Virus genome (UHGV): UHGV-0128973
Length of the DNA: 64,000 nt
DNA from: a virus
Reading direction: 5' to 3' (one strand)
Shown here piece by piece: positions 33,081 to 43,106 of the stretch; the first letter of the stretch is position 1; each line of letters begins with the position of its first letter. A program made the translations under genes and the position numbers. Under the pieces are notes generated by a model that saw only the letters and a program-made list of their open reading frames with translations, did not search any database and was not told the DNA's origin.

Positions 33081-33097
33081 ATTGCTCTAATGTATTG
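33081..33097 (+). promoter_or_regulatory. C1 operator-like site (ATTGCTCTAATGTATTG) upstream of lpa
   Basis: Match to operator core ATTGCTCTAAT. Confidence 0.55.
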
Positions 33098-33167
33098 CTA
33101 TTTCTTTAATCGAGGGTATTATATTCCACGTTGATTAGTTGACATGGGCTAATCAGTAGGTGACAGG

Positions 33168-33620
33168 ATGTTACTTAACTGGCAGGGACGCCACTTCATG
33201 GAAATAAATCACTCACGAATAACATCGTACGAGATTGCGGATTACATGATCCGCACTAAATCTCTTCTATCAGCGAAAGAACTCGCAGCAATTCTTGAAA
33301 AGGAATACCCGCATCTGGATGTCGATAAGCGCGATGTTTATCTGCGCTTAAAGGCTATCGCTGTGTCTAAGTATTCGTCTGTTTTGATTGATGACAGTAC
33401 ACGCCCACGTAGATTTCAGATCCACTCTCTGAATCCTGAATTCTTTCGCCGCAGCCGCGCGCCGCGCCGGTTTGATGAAAAACTCCAGAACGAACTCTAT
33501 ATGACGCAGGACGAAAAGGAACGCCGGGAACACCAGCCTTGGGTAATGGCGCGTCAACTTTTCAATAAGGTAGCCCGTCAGCACCGTCATTACGGTAATG
33601 CCACATCCGCACGTATCTGA
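33168..33620 (+). CDS. lpa: Late promoter activator Lpa-like protein
   Basis: ~150-aa ORF between a C1 operator and pacA, as in P1; assignment partly positional. Confidence 0.6.
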   Translation: MLLNWQGRHFMEINHSRITSYEIADYMIRTKSLLSAKELAAILEKEYPHLDVDKRDVYLRLKAIAVSKYSSVLIDDSTRPRRFQIHSLNPEFFRRSRAPRRFDEKLQNELYMTQDEKERREHQPWVMARQLFNKVARQHRHYGNATSARI

Positions 33621-33705
33621 TTGATTGCTTGCCCGTTCCGGGCCTTTTGACATGTGACTTTCGTTACCCTCGCGTCAAAAAGAGTTTTTACGAAAGGAAG
33701 CATAA

Positions 33706-34899
33706 GTGACCTGGGACGATCACAAGAAGAATTTTGCTCGCCTGGCGCGAGATGGTGGTTACACCATCGCACAGTATGCCGCCGAGTTTAATCTTAACCC
33801 TAATACCGCACGTCGTTATCTCCGTGCCTTCAAAGAAGACACCAGGACAGCGGACAGCCGCAAGCCAAATAAGCCAGTCAGGAAGCCTCTAAAAAGCATG
33901 ATCATTGATCACTCTAATGATCAACATGCAGGTGATCATATTGCGGCTGAAACAGCGGAAAAACAAAGAGTTAATGCCGTTGTCAGTGCCGCAGTCGAGA
34001 ATGCGAAGCGCCAAAATAAGCGCATAAATGATCGTTCAGATGATCATGACGTGATCACCCGCGCCCACCGGACCTTACGTGATCGCCTGGAACGCGACAC
34101 CCTGGATGATGATGGTGAACGCTTTGAATTCGAAGCTGGCGATTACCTGATAGATAACGTTGAAGCGCGGAAGGCCGCGCGCGCTATGTTGCGTCGGTCC
34201 GGGGCCGATGTTCTGGAAACCACTCTTCTGGAAAAGTCTCTTTCTCATCTCCTTATGCTGGAGAACGCCAGGGATACGTGTATTCGCCTGGTGCAGGAAA
34301 TGCGCGATCAGCAAAAAGACGATGATGAAGGTACTCCGCCTGAATACCGTATCGCGAGCATGCTAAACAGCTGTTCCGCGCAGATAAGCAGCCTGATCAA
34401 CACCATTTACAGCATCCGGAATAACTATCGAAAAGAAAGCCGGGAGGCGGAAAAGCACGCTTTATCTATGGGGCAAGCTGGCATTGTTAAGCTGGCATAC
34501 GAACGAAAGCGTGAAAATAACTGGTCAGTGCTGGAAGCGGCTGAATTCATCGAGGCGCATGGAGGAAAAGTGCCGCCCCTGATGCTGGAGCAAATCAAAG
34601 CCGATCTGCGTGCTCCTAAGACCAATACCGATGATGAGGAAAACCAAACAGCATCTGGCGCTCCATCACTTGAAGATCTGGATAAAATCGCGCGAGAACG
34701 GGCCGCCAGCCGCCGCGCTGATGCCGCATTGTGGATTGAGCATCGTAGAGAAGAAATTGCCGATATCGTCGATACGGGTGGTTATGGTGATGTCGATGCG
34801 GAAGGCATATCAAACGAAGCATGGCTTGAACAGGATCTGGACGAAGACGAGGAGGAAGACGAAGAAGTTACCCGCAAACTGTACGGGGATGATGATTAA
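33706..34899 (+). CDS. pacA: Terminase small/pac-recognition subunit PacA
   Basis: 397 aa, GTG start; contains the pac site within its coding sequence; acidic C-terminus. Confidence 0.85.
33899..34057. other. pac packaging site: 4 + 3 TGATCA/G hexamers flanking a ~100-bp cleavage region
   Basis: TGATCA at 33899, 33906, 33918, 33933; TGATCG at 34029; TGATCA at 34041, 34052. Confidence 0.8.
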
Positions 34900-36383
34900 T
34901 GGCCAGAAGTTGCGTAACGGACCCACGTTGGCGCGAGCTGGTGGCGCTATATCGTTATGACTGGATTGCGGCCGCTGATGTGTTGTTTGGGAAGACACCA
35001 ACCTGGCAGCAGGATGAGATCATTGAGTCCACGCAGCAGGACGGCAGTTGGACAAGTGTGACCTCCGGCCATGGTACTGGTAAATCGGATATGACGAGTA
35101 TCATTGCAATACTCTTCATCATGTTTTTCCCCGGCGCTCGCGTCATTCTGGTCGCTAACAAAAGACAGCAAGTCCTTGATGGTATTTTCAAATACATAAA
35201 GAGCAATTGGGCTACTGCTGTTAGCAGATTCCCGTGGTTGTCGAAGTATTTCATTCTTACAGAAACGTCTTTTTTTGAGGTGACTGGCAAGGGTGTTTGG
35301 ACAATATTGATAAAGTCCTGTCGCCCCGGGAATGAGGAGGCGTTGGCTGGTGAACACGCCGATCATCTCTTGTATATCATCGACGAAGCGTCGGGTGTGA
35401 GTGATAAAGCATTCAGTGTGATAACAGGTGCGCTGACCGGTAAGGATAACCGTATTCTGCTTCTTTCCCAGCCTACGCGACCTTCAGGCTATTTCTACGA
35501 TTCACACCACAGACTAGCTATTCGCCCGGGAAATCCTGATGGATTGTTTACTGCGATAATACTGAATAGTGAAGAATCTCCGCTTGTAGATGCAAAATTT
35601 ATACGAGCAAAACTTGCGGAGTATGGCGGTCGTGATAACCCCATGTACATGATCAAAGTACGTGGTGAATTTCCCAAATCTCAAGATGGCTTTCTTCTTG
35701 GTCGTGATGAGGTTGAGCGGGCGACGCGGCGAAAGGTCAAGATTGCCAAAGGATGGGGCTGGGTTGCATGTGTTGACGTTGCTGGTGGCACAGGACGAGA
35801 TAAATCCGTTATTAATATCATGATGGTGTCCGGCCAGCGAAATAAACGCCGTGTAATCAACTATCGTATGCTGGAATACACAGACGTTACAGAAACGCAG
35901 TTAGCCGCCAAGATTTTCGCAGAATGTAACCCAGAACGGTTCCCGAACATAACCATAGCTATTGATGGCGATGGCTTGGGGAAATCGACGGCTGATCTAA
36001 TGTACGAACGCTATGGCATTACCGTCCAGCGTATCCGCTGGGGTAAAAAGATGCACAGCCGTGAAGATAAAAGCCTTTATTTCGATATGCGCGCTTTCGC
36101 GAATATTCAGGCGGCAGAAGCTGTAAAATCAGGGCGTATGAGGCTTGATAAGGGGGCTGCGACTATAGAGGAAGCATCAAAGATACCGGTAGGGATAAAT
36201 TCCGCAGGTCAATGGAAGGTGATGTCAAAGGAAGATATGAAGAAAAAACTCAACCTGCACTCACCGGACCATTGGGATACATATTGTTTCGCTATGTTGG
36301 CGAACTATGTTCCCCAGGATGAAGTGCTTAGCGTCGAAGACGAAGCGCAGGTTGATGAAGCTCTGGCATGGCTTAATGAATAA
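34899..36383 (+). CDS. pacB: Terminase large subunit PacB
   Basis: 494 aa; start overlaps pacA stop; Walker A-like GHGTGKSD and nuclease region. Confidence 0.85.
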
Positions 36384-36407
36384 CTCATTAACCATGCCGG
36401 ATAGAAA

Positions 36408-37259
36408 CTATTGCGCGCTTTCGGGGTTGTCGTTTACTGGCTGCCCCTTCTTAGTTTTACGGCTGCGCGTAACTGATGCGGCTGATTTGACCTTTTTCTC
36501 TTCGCGAGTGATGGCAATTTGTTTTTTTACATTTTCAATATCTGCCAGGCGATATATTTTTGCCTGCGGCCAGCGGTCGCAGATGATCGGTTCTATAGAG
36601 TCATAAAGGCTAAATTTTGCTTTCTCGAATTCACCGTTGATGATGATTCCATCACGGAGAGTTTCATCGCAGATAAACACACCACACAGCGGCACATGGT
36701 AACTAACTGATTTACCATCATTGTAGTTAGGGCTACTGGAAATGTAATGGACGCGCAGCATTGTTTCGCTAAAGCCGTGTACACGCATACGGAATTTTTC
36801 ATCCTCCGGGTACTGCTTCATTAGCTCTTTTGTTGCTTCCAGGTTCTCTATGTATTTCGCACTGTGCTCATTGATCCCCGCGCTTTTCTGGATGCGAATG
36901 TCCTTATCAATCAGATGAATAATGCGGCCAGCGGTCATGTTGACGCTGTTCACAGCTTCTGTCTGATAAGTTGTAACCTTACGCACACCGCGAAGGATGT
37001 TAGGCACTGGATATAAAATAGTCTTTGGGATATTGAGGTCTGGGTACTGTTCCAGTTCTCGCGCCATTAAAGTCCATTTATCAATTTCAGCCTGAATGCT
37101 GTCCGTTTCTTTGAACGGCAGAACGACAACCGGGCGTACAGGACGACCGTCGCTGGCGGCATCAACGTGTTGGGCGCGTGCAACAGCTTTTTTTAGAAAG
37201 AGATCCCTGAAGCTGACGAACTCCTGGTACAGTTGTTCGCCGTAGACATAATTTATCAT
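36408..37259 (-). CDS. c1: C1 repressor of lytic functions
   Basis: 283 aa, sequence recognised as P1 C1; adjacent coi and operator cluster. Confidence 0.93.
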   Translation of the reverse strand: MINYVYGEQLYQEFVSFRDLFLKKAVARAQHVDAASDGRPVRPVVVLPFKETDSIQAEIDKWTLMARELEQYPDLNIPKTILYPVPNILRGVRKVTTYQTEAVNSVNMTAGRIIHLIDKDIRIQKSAGINEHSAKYIENLEATKELMKQYPEDEKFRMRVHGFSETMLRVHYISSSPNYNDGKSVSYHVPLCGVFICDETLRDGIIINGEFEKAKFSLYDSIEPIICDRWPQAKIYRLADIENVKKQIAITREEKKVKSAASVTRSRKTKKGQPVNDNPESAQ

Positions 37260-37369
37260 TGATCCTCCTCCAGAATTGACATGGCCAACAACTCACAGCG
37301 GATTACACTGGGAGTTGTTGGCCACCATTATAGAAGGATCCAACGAAAATAATAGATTTATTAGTGCAT

Positions 37370-37579
37370 TTATTGTGAGTCTGGCTGGTTAGTGGCCATG
37401 AGATATTCGATTGTGTCAGTGAGATCATCCAGGTCGTCTTGGGTGATGCGGTACTCCTGATTGGATATCTTTGAGTAGTGTTCAGCAATGGCGCGGGCAG
37501 CGTCGGTTTCGGCAGGGTCTACAGATAAAGCGTTAGAGCAATGTCTAACGTCGTCGATGGTTGGTGGAATGAAAGCCAT
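37370..37579 (-). CDS. coi: Coi (C1 inactivator)
   Basis: 69 aa ORF immediately upstream of c1 on the same strand. Confidence 0.85.
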   Translation of the reverse strand: MAFIPPTIDDVRHCSNALSVDPAETDAARAIAEHYSKISNQEYRITQDDLDDLTDTIEYLMATNQPDSQ

Positions 37580-37817
37580 AATTATGCCTCACTGTATTGA
37601 CAACACAGAGCCTGAAGCTCTGACCTACTGTTTCACCCATGATCCATGCTGGGGTAATCTAACAACATTGCGCTGTGTGTAAGATGAGCAATGCATAGCT
37701 GTAATGCCGTTGTATAAGGTTTCCCTGTTTGCTCATTTCCTTCTGAGCCGCTCTACAACGCTGAAGACACATTAAATAGTGAATCCAAAGTCGTATTACG
37801 AAACGGCGGCAAAACTA

Positions 37818-37917
37818 TAATTTATTAGAGCAATTGTCAAACAACAATGAAAAACAATCCAGTTTTTGGCTGGTGGAGTGGGATTTTTTTCTCAAAATTT
37901 ATTGCTCTAATAATTCT
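37818..37917. promoter_or_regulatory. C1 operator cluster upstream of coi-c1
   Basis: Reverse-orientation operator ending 37834 and ATTGCTCTAATAATTCT at 37901-37917. Confidence 0.7.
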
Positions 37918-37960
37918 TGATTTTTATGCGCAGCTGGACGTAAACTCCTCTTCGGACCTA

Positions 37961-37994
37961 ATAACTTCGTATAGCATACATTATACGAAGTTAT
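37961..37994 (+). other. loxP site (ATAACTTCGTATA-GCATACAT-TATACGAAGTTAT)
   Basis: Exact 34-bp loxP read in sequence. Confidence 0.98.
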
Positions 37995-38183
37995 CTTAAG
38001 GGTTATTGAACATGATCAATTTACCTGTAAATCCATACAGTTCAATACCTTATCAGGTCAAATAGTGATCACTTGATCATTTGATCAAGGTTGCGCTACG
38101 TAAAATCTGTGAAATGTTGGCAGTGTTAGTGCTCCAGATTTCGCGTAGCGCACTTAGCACCACCAATCAATCAGAGGTGAAAA

Positions 38184-38405
38184 ATGGGATATTCAGCTGC
38201 TAAAGTGTCCACTCATATTGAGCTTGAGAAAAACCGTGGTTACTGGCGGGCAAAAGGGTTTGATCGTGATAGTTGTCAACTGTCATTATCGCGCGGTGAA
38301 GAGAAAATAGAACGCACGCGCGGTCGCTGGCGTTTCTATGACGAGAACCATAAACAGGTAAAGGCAGAGCCGATCCTGTACACTTTACTTAAAACCATTA
38401 TCTGA
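38184..38405 (+). CDS. cra: Small protein upstream of cre (Cra-like)
   Basis: 73-aa ORF with RBS GAGGTGA between loxP and cre. Confidence 0.6.
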   Translation: MGYSAAKVSTHIELEKNRGYWRAKGFDRDSCQLSLSRGEEKIERTRGRWRFYDENHKQVKAEPILYTLLKTII

Positions 38406-38412
38406 GTGTTAA

Positions 38413-39444
38413 ATGTCCAATTTACTGACCGTACACCAAAATTTGCCTGCATTACCGGTCGATGCAACGAGTGATGAGGTTCGCAAGAACCTGATGGACA
38501 TGTTCAGGGATCGCCAGGCGTTTTCTGAGCATACCTGGAAAATGCTTCTGTCCGTTTGCCGATCGTGGGCGGCATGGTGCAAGTTGAATAACCGGAAATG
38601 GTTTCCCGCAGAACCTGAAGATGTTCGCGATTATCTTCTATATCTTCAGGCGCGCGGTCTGGCAGTGAAAACTATCCAGCAACATTTGGGCCAGCTAAAT
38701 ATGCTTCATCGTCGGTCCGGGCTGCCACGACCAAGTGACAGCAATGCTGTTTCACTGGTCATGCGACGGATCCGAAAAGAAAACGTTGATGCCGGTGAGC
38801 GTGCAAAACAGGCGCTGGCGTTCGAACGCACTGATTTCGACCAGGTTCGTTCACTCATGGAAAATAGCGATCGCTGCCAGGATATACGTAATCTGGCATT
38901 TCTGGGGATTGCTTATAACACCCTGTTACGTATAGCCGAAATTTCTAGGATCAGAGTTAAAGATATCTCACGTACTGACGGTGGGAGAATGTTAATCCAT
39001 ATTGGCAGAACGAAAACGCTGGTTAGCACCGCTGGTGTAGAGAAGGCACTTAGTCTGGGGGTAACTAAACTGGTTGAGCGATGGACTTCTGTCTCTGGTG
39101 TGGCTGATGATCCGAATAACTACTTGTTTTGCCGTGTCAGAAAAAATGGTGTTGCCGCGCCATCTGCCACCAGCCAGCTATCAACTCGCGCCCTGGAAGG
39201 GATTTTTGAAGCAACTCACCGATTGATTTACGGGGCTAAGGATGACTCTGGCCAGAGGTACCTGGCCTGGTCTGGACACAGTGCCCGTGTCGGAGCCGCG
39301 CGAGATATGGCCCGCGCCGGAGTTTCAATACCGGAGATCATGCAAGCTGGTGGCTGGACCAACGTAAATATTGTCATGAACTACATTCGTAACCTGGATA
39401 GTGAAACGGGGGCAATGGTGCGCCTGCTGGAAGATGGCGATTAG
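38413..39444 (+). CDS. cre: Cre tyrosine site-specific recombinase
   Basis: 343 aa, essentially the canonical Cre sequence (MSNLLTVHQNLPALPVD...), one visible difference near residue 264. Confidence 0.98.
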   Translation: MSNLLTVHQNLPALPVDATSDEVRKNLMDMFRDRQAFSEHTWKMLLSVCRSWAAWCKLNNRKWFPAEPEDVRDYLLYLQARGLAVKTIQQHLGQLNMLHRRSGLPRPSDSNAVSLVMRRIRKENVDAGERAKQALAFERTDFDQVRSLMENSDRCQDIRNLAFLGIAYNTLLRIAEISRIRVKDISRTDGGRMLIHIGRTKTLVSTAGVEKALSLGVTKLVERWTSVSGVADDPNNYLFCRVRKNGVAAPSATSQLSTRALEGIFEATHRLIYGAKDDSGQRYLAWSGHSARVGAARDMARAGVSIPEIMQAGGWTNVNIVMNYIRNLDSETGAMVRLLEDGD

Positions 39445-39461
39445 CCGTTCATTTGCGCCAG

Positions 39462-39478
39462 ATTGCTCTAATTATTTG
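39462..39478 (+). promoter_or_regulatory. C1 operator-like site (ATTGCTCTAATTATTTG)
   Basis: Operator core match in intergenic region downstream of cre. Confidence 0.6.
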
Positions 39479-39494
39479 ATATTTATGGTGACAC

Positions 39495-39806
39495 ATGCGG
39501 AAGGATTTCAAAATAGACGGAAAATATGTGGTGCTGTCTGTAAGCTCTCAAATTCAGTCACCATCTGTCATTGTCACCGTAAAGTTGAGCGATAGGATGC
39601 CTGATATCGACTCGATATCTGTTGCGTTCCCCGTTAAAAGCATGCGGAGTGCTGAACATTTTGTGATGAATGCAACGGAGGAGGAAGCGCGGCGCGGGCT
39701 TACTAGAGTGATGGCGGAATTTGGCGAACTCCTGGGTAAGGTAAACAATGCCCTTTCAATCAGTTCAGCAAGATCCAAAGCGTTAACAGCTTCCATGATG
39801 AAATAA
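39495..39806 (+). CDS. c8: Hypothetical protein (103 aa), c8-like position
   Basis: ORF between cre and ref as in P1; symbol from position only. Confidence 0.45.
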   Translation: MRKDFKIDGKYVVLSVSSQIQSPSVIVTVKLSDRMPDIDSISVAFPVKSMRSAEHFVMNATEEEARRGLTRVMAEFGELLGKVNNALSISSARSKALTASMMK

Positions 39807-39936
39807 AAAAGCCTGGCAAGGAGCCAGGCTGCACAAAAGAGCGGGTTTGTATTCCGCATCCAATCAATCAAGAAGGAGTATAGCACACAGGTACTGAAGT
39901 GAAAAAATGTGATTCGCGATAAATAAAATATCTACC

Positions 39937-39953
39937 ATTGCTCTAATTGATTG
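39937..39953 (+). promoter_or_regulatory. C1 operator-like site (ATTGCTCTAATTGATTG) upstream of ref
   Basis: Operator core match; P1 ref is C1-controlled. Confidence 0.6.
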
Positions 39954-40020
39954 CTATAATTGAGCCGCAGTTTTTGTCAACTACGAAGACGTTGCCATTA
40001 CTTCACTCCTTGACATCATT

Positions 40021-40046
40021 GGCGGCCATTAGGCCGCCTTTTTTTT
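40021..40046 (+). terminator. Rho-independent terminator-like hairpin
   Basis: GGCGGCC-ATT-AGGCCGCC followed by TTTTTTTT, 5 bp before ref ATG. Confidence 0.6.
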
Positions 40047-40051
40047 GCCAT

Positions 40052-40612
40052 ATGAAAACAATCGAACAAAAACTTGAACAGCGCCGCGAGTGGCAGAAGG
40101 CAGCCAGAGAACGAGCGATCGCTCGGCAACGGGAAAAGTTGGCTGACCCCGCCTGGCGAGAATCGCAATATCAGAAAATGCGGGATTCTATCGACCGCCG
40201 TATCGCTAAACAGAAAGAGCGCCCACCAGCCAGCAAAACGCGGAAAAGTGCGGTAAAAATAAAATCTCGTGGCTTGAAGGGACGAACACCGACGGCGGAG
40301 GAACGGCGCATAGCCAATGCTCTTGGCGCTCTCCCCTGCATTGCCTGCTATATGCATGGAGTAATATCTGAAGAGGTGTCTCTGCACCATATCTCCGGTC
40401 GTACCGCGCCGGGTTGTCACAAAAAGCAGTTGCCACTTTGTAGATGGCACCACCAGCATGCAGCACCGGCTGAAGTAAGAGAAAAATACCCCTGGCTGGT
40501 CCCTGTTCATGCCGATGGTGTGGTTGGAGGCAAGAAAGAATTCACCTTGCTGAACAAGTCAGAGATGGAGTTGCTGGCTGACGCCTATGAGATGGCAAAC
40601 ATCATGCACTAA
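40052..40612 (+). CDS. ref: Ref (recombination enhancement function) HNH endonuclease
   Basis: 186 aa from MKTIEQKLEQ; Cys/His-rich HNH region (CIACYMHG...HH...CRWHHQH). Confidence 0.9.
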   Translation: MKTIEQKLEQRREWQKAARERAIARQREKLADPAWRESQYQKMRDSIDRRIAKQKERPPASKTRKSAVKIKSRGLKGRTPTAEERRIANALGALPCIACYMHGVISEEVSLHHISGRTAPGCHKKQLPLCRWHHQHAAPAEVREKYPWLVPVHADGVVGGKKEFTLLNKSEMELLADAYEMANIMH

Positions 40613-40800
40613 TAAATATATTATTTTTAATCTGAAATAATTGACAACTGACAAGTGACTTCAGTCAGAATCATCACATGCCCGGTACGGATGGATCCCT
40701 TTTCAAATATTCCATGGACGGCACAGTCTGAGTACCGGGCGCTACCTTAAGTTGTATTGCTAAGCCGCCGCTGGTGGCTTTTCTTTTTTGTAGGGGCGCT

Positions 40801-41442
40801 ATGGATAAGAAAATATGCGTTGTTTCGATGAGCGTCGGCAAACCGGCGTCAATGACTGCTGCATGGATCAACAACGAGCTGATAATGGCTGAGCGGACCA
40901 GCTACCCTGAACGCCGCCGCGATATGGAACTCCAGCTGCTGCGCGAATTGCGAGAAAAAGAGGAAAAGGGTTTTATCGTGCTGGTGGAAGAGGAAAACAG
41001 CTTTATTACTGGTCGAGTTGGCCAGCGTGTAAGGTTGCGCGATCCCTTCATGAACGGCAGGCCGGTACTAATTGAGGCCATGCAGATTTATAAGGAGCTG
41101 GAACGCCAGAAAGCAATCAAGTTACCGCGCAAGGAATCCGGCAAATACATCCTCCACCAAAGCATCTTCGATTCCGAACACGACAAAAAAGGCGATGAAT
41201 TTTTCAACATCAACTGGAGCGAAATAACGACAGAGCATGTTCTGACGTTACTATGTTGCTTTGCGACGGAATACAACAACGTTGCCAGCGCAGACTACAT
41301 CAGGGCAATGGCTGGAGAAGTTGAGGCACGCCAGGAACCATCGTTACTAAGCCCTCTGATTAACATAATTCGCGGAACCCAAACGCTGGCACAAAAACGG
41401 GTGCCGAAAGGGGAATTAACAGGAAAAGGAAATTATCTATAA
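40801..41442 (+). CDS. mat: Mat-like protein
   Basis: 213-aa ORF (start MDKKICVV) directly after ref as in P1. Confidence 0.6.
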   Translation: MDKKICVVSMSVGKPASMTAAWINNELIMAERTSYPERRRDMELQLLRELREKEEKGFIVLVEEENSFITGRVGQRVRLRDPFMNGRPVLIEAMQIYKELERQKAIKLPRKESGKYILHQSIFDSEHDKKGDEFFNINWSEITTEHVLTLLCCFATEYNNVASADYIRAMAGEVEARQEPSLLSPLINIIRGTQTLAQKRVPKGELTGKGNYL

Positions 41443-41498
41443 ACGTCAATGCATTAGGGTATACTTCTCCATAGAACTATAAGTAAATGGAGTAAGTA

Positions 41499-42806
41499 AT
41501 GAGCGAATATGTTGAGTTAGCATACGCTGCCGCTACAAGCAGGCTTTGTCTATTTACCGGGACTGGCTTTTCAAAGGCAGTCTCGAACGGCGAAGCTCCA
41601 ACGTGGAAAGAACTATTAAAAAAAGTTTGCAGCAAAGTTCACAACGCCAAACAGTTGGAAGACACGTTATTCCCTGATGATAAACCACCAGCATTGAGCC
41701 TTGAAGAAGCCGCACAAATACTATCTTTGAAGCTCAATATTGAGGGTAAGTCGATTTATGATGAAATTGTTGAGATCATATCTCCAATTCAACTTGGAGA
41801 AGATATATCAAATATAAAAGATTTTTTTCAAAAAAATTCATTCCGTGTCATTACAACAAATTATGACAAGTTAGCTGAATGCTTAACTGGAGATGAGGAA
41901 GTACAGTCTATTACCCCGGGCTTACCTATTCCTAAATACTCATCTAAAGTTAAAATATATCATGTCCATGGTTCTATTGATTCACCAAAAAACATGGTTG
42001 TTACTTCAGAAGACTACTTCAGGTTTATAAACTCTGACACCTATTTTTCACAAAAACTTAGTACGATACTACATGAAAATACAGTTGTGATATTAGGATA
42101 TTCTTTAAGTGATACAAACCTTAAGGCAATTATAAATAGTTATAAGACATTTTCTAAAGATAATGCACTGTGCTCTAATATATTCTTCATATCTCATGGC
42201 GAAGTAAGTCAAGACATGAAGGACTATTACTTTTATTGTTTTGGAATAAGGGTAATTGACAATACGGAAATAGATGATTTCTTTCATCGACTGAGCAGTA
42301 AGATACTGCTCATAGAAGATATAATAGAGAGAGCTCGTGAAAACATTAGAAAAGTTATTGTAGGTTCTCATACATATAAGAATGAATATATTAGATTAGA
42401 AGACTCATTTTATCAGATAATTTCTTCAATTATATCTGAAGGTTTGGATTGGAGTGACAGCAGAGTTGTTGAATTTTTTAAGAGGATAATAGAACAAAAA
42501 AGAAATTTAACAAGAGAGAGCGGCGCTTGGGAGCAATATGAACAACTTGCAAAATGGCTTATATATTTTGGAAGTATCATAGAAATTGCTGGCACTAAAT
42601 ATGAAAAAGCATATTTAGAAGCAGTCGAATACTCAATGTCCAATATGAGCAAAGAAAGACGGTTAGGTTATTCGTGGCATGCTTATAGAGCTTGGGAAAC
42701 GCGATGGTCTACAATCATTGCTTCAAATCGATTAATTATAAAAAAACACATCGAGGAACTTGGCGTACTGGATGACGCCAATTCTATAGTGAAAAATATA
42801 GTGTAA
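41499..42806 (+). CDS. SIR2-family (SIR2_2-like) protein with uncharacterised helical C-terminal domain; candidate NAD+-dependent defence effector
   Basis: FTGTGFS (res 19-25), VITTNYD (117-123), YHVHGS (154-159), GYSLSD (200-205) in canonical SIR2 order; AT-rich; sits between mat and lxc. Confidence 0.7.
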   Translation: MSEYVELAYAAATSRLCLFTGTGFSKAVSNGEAPTWKELLKKVCSKVHNAKQLEDTLFPDDKPPALSLEEAAQILSLKLNIEGKSIYDEIVEIISPIQLGEDISNIKDFFQKNSFRVITTNYDKLAECLTGDEEVQSITPGLPIPKYSSKVKIYHVHGSIDSPKNMVVTSEDYFRFINSDTYFSQKLSTILHENTVVILGYSLSDTNLKAIINSYKTFSKDNALCSNIFFISHGEVSQDMKDYYFYCFGIRVIDNTEIDDFFHRLSSKILLIEDIIERARENIRKVIVGSHTYKNEYIRLEDSFYQIISSIISEGLDWSDSRVVEFFKRIIEQKRNLTRESGAWEQYEQLAKWLIYFGSIIEIAGTKYEKAYLEAVEYSMSNMSKERRLGYSWHAYRAWETRWSTIIASNRLIIKKHIEELGVLDDANSIVKNIV

Positions 42807-42857
42807 TTGAAACGCTGCAAACATTTAACGGGCAGCTACAACTGCCCGATATATAAA

Positions 42858-43106
42858 TCAATCCGCATTCAGGAGCAATGCATTATCTATGATGATTTGC
42901 TCCCATTCTTCGAATGCCCGGTCGCGGACGCCCTGGGGAACGCTGTTAGTTTTGAAATCGACGACCGTCCGCCATTTTCCGTCCGGACGGTACATGCGCA
43001 GAGCTTTACTTCCCCCTTCCCTGCGCACCTCAACGTTATGCTTATCAGCAAACTCTTGTAATGCTCGTAGCGTCCCATGCTTTACTGTGTAGTATCGCTT
43101 TTTCAA
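42858..43106 (-). CDS. lxc: Lxc/Bof-like protein
   Basis: 82-aa ORF at the P1 lxc position. Confidence 0.6.
   Translation of the reverse strand: MKKRYYTVKHGTLRALQEFADKHNVEVRREGGSKALRMYRPDGKWRTVVDFKTNSVPQGVRDRAFEEWEQIIIDNALLLNAD

Noticed and set aside
38413-39444. Cre as a prophage integrase with a chromosomal attP
   Set aside because: The adjacent site is a perfect loxP and the element carries a plasmid replicon; Cre here is the plasmid dimer-resolution and cyclisation recombinase, not an integrase.
41499-42806. Reading the SIR2 gene as Thoeris ThsA or as part of a SIR2-HerA or SIR2-pAgo system
   Set aside because: No TIR, HerA or Argonaute-like ORF is adjacent (neighbours are mat and lxc), and the C-terminal domain looks all-helical rather than SLOG or APAZ; left as an unclassified single-gene SIR2 candidate.
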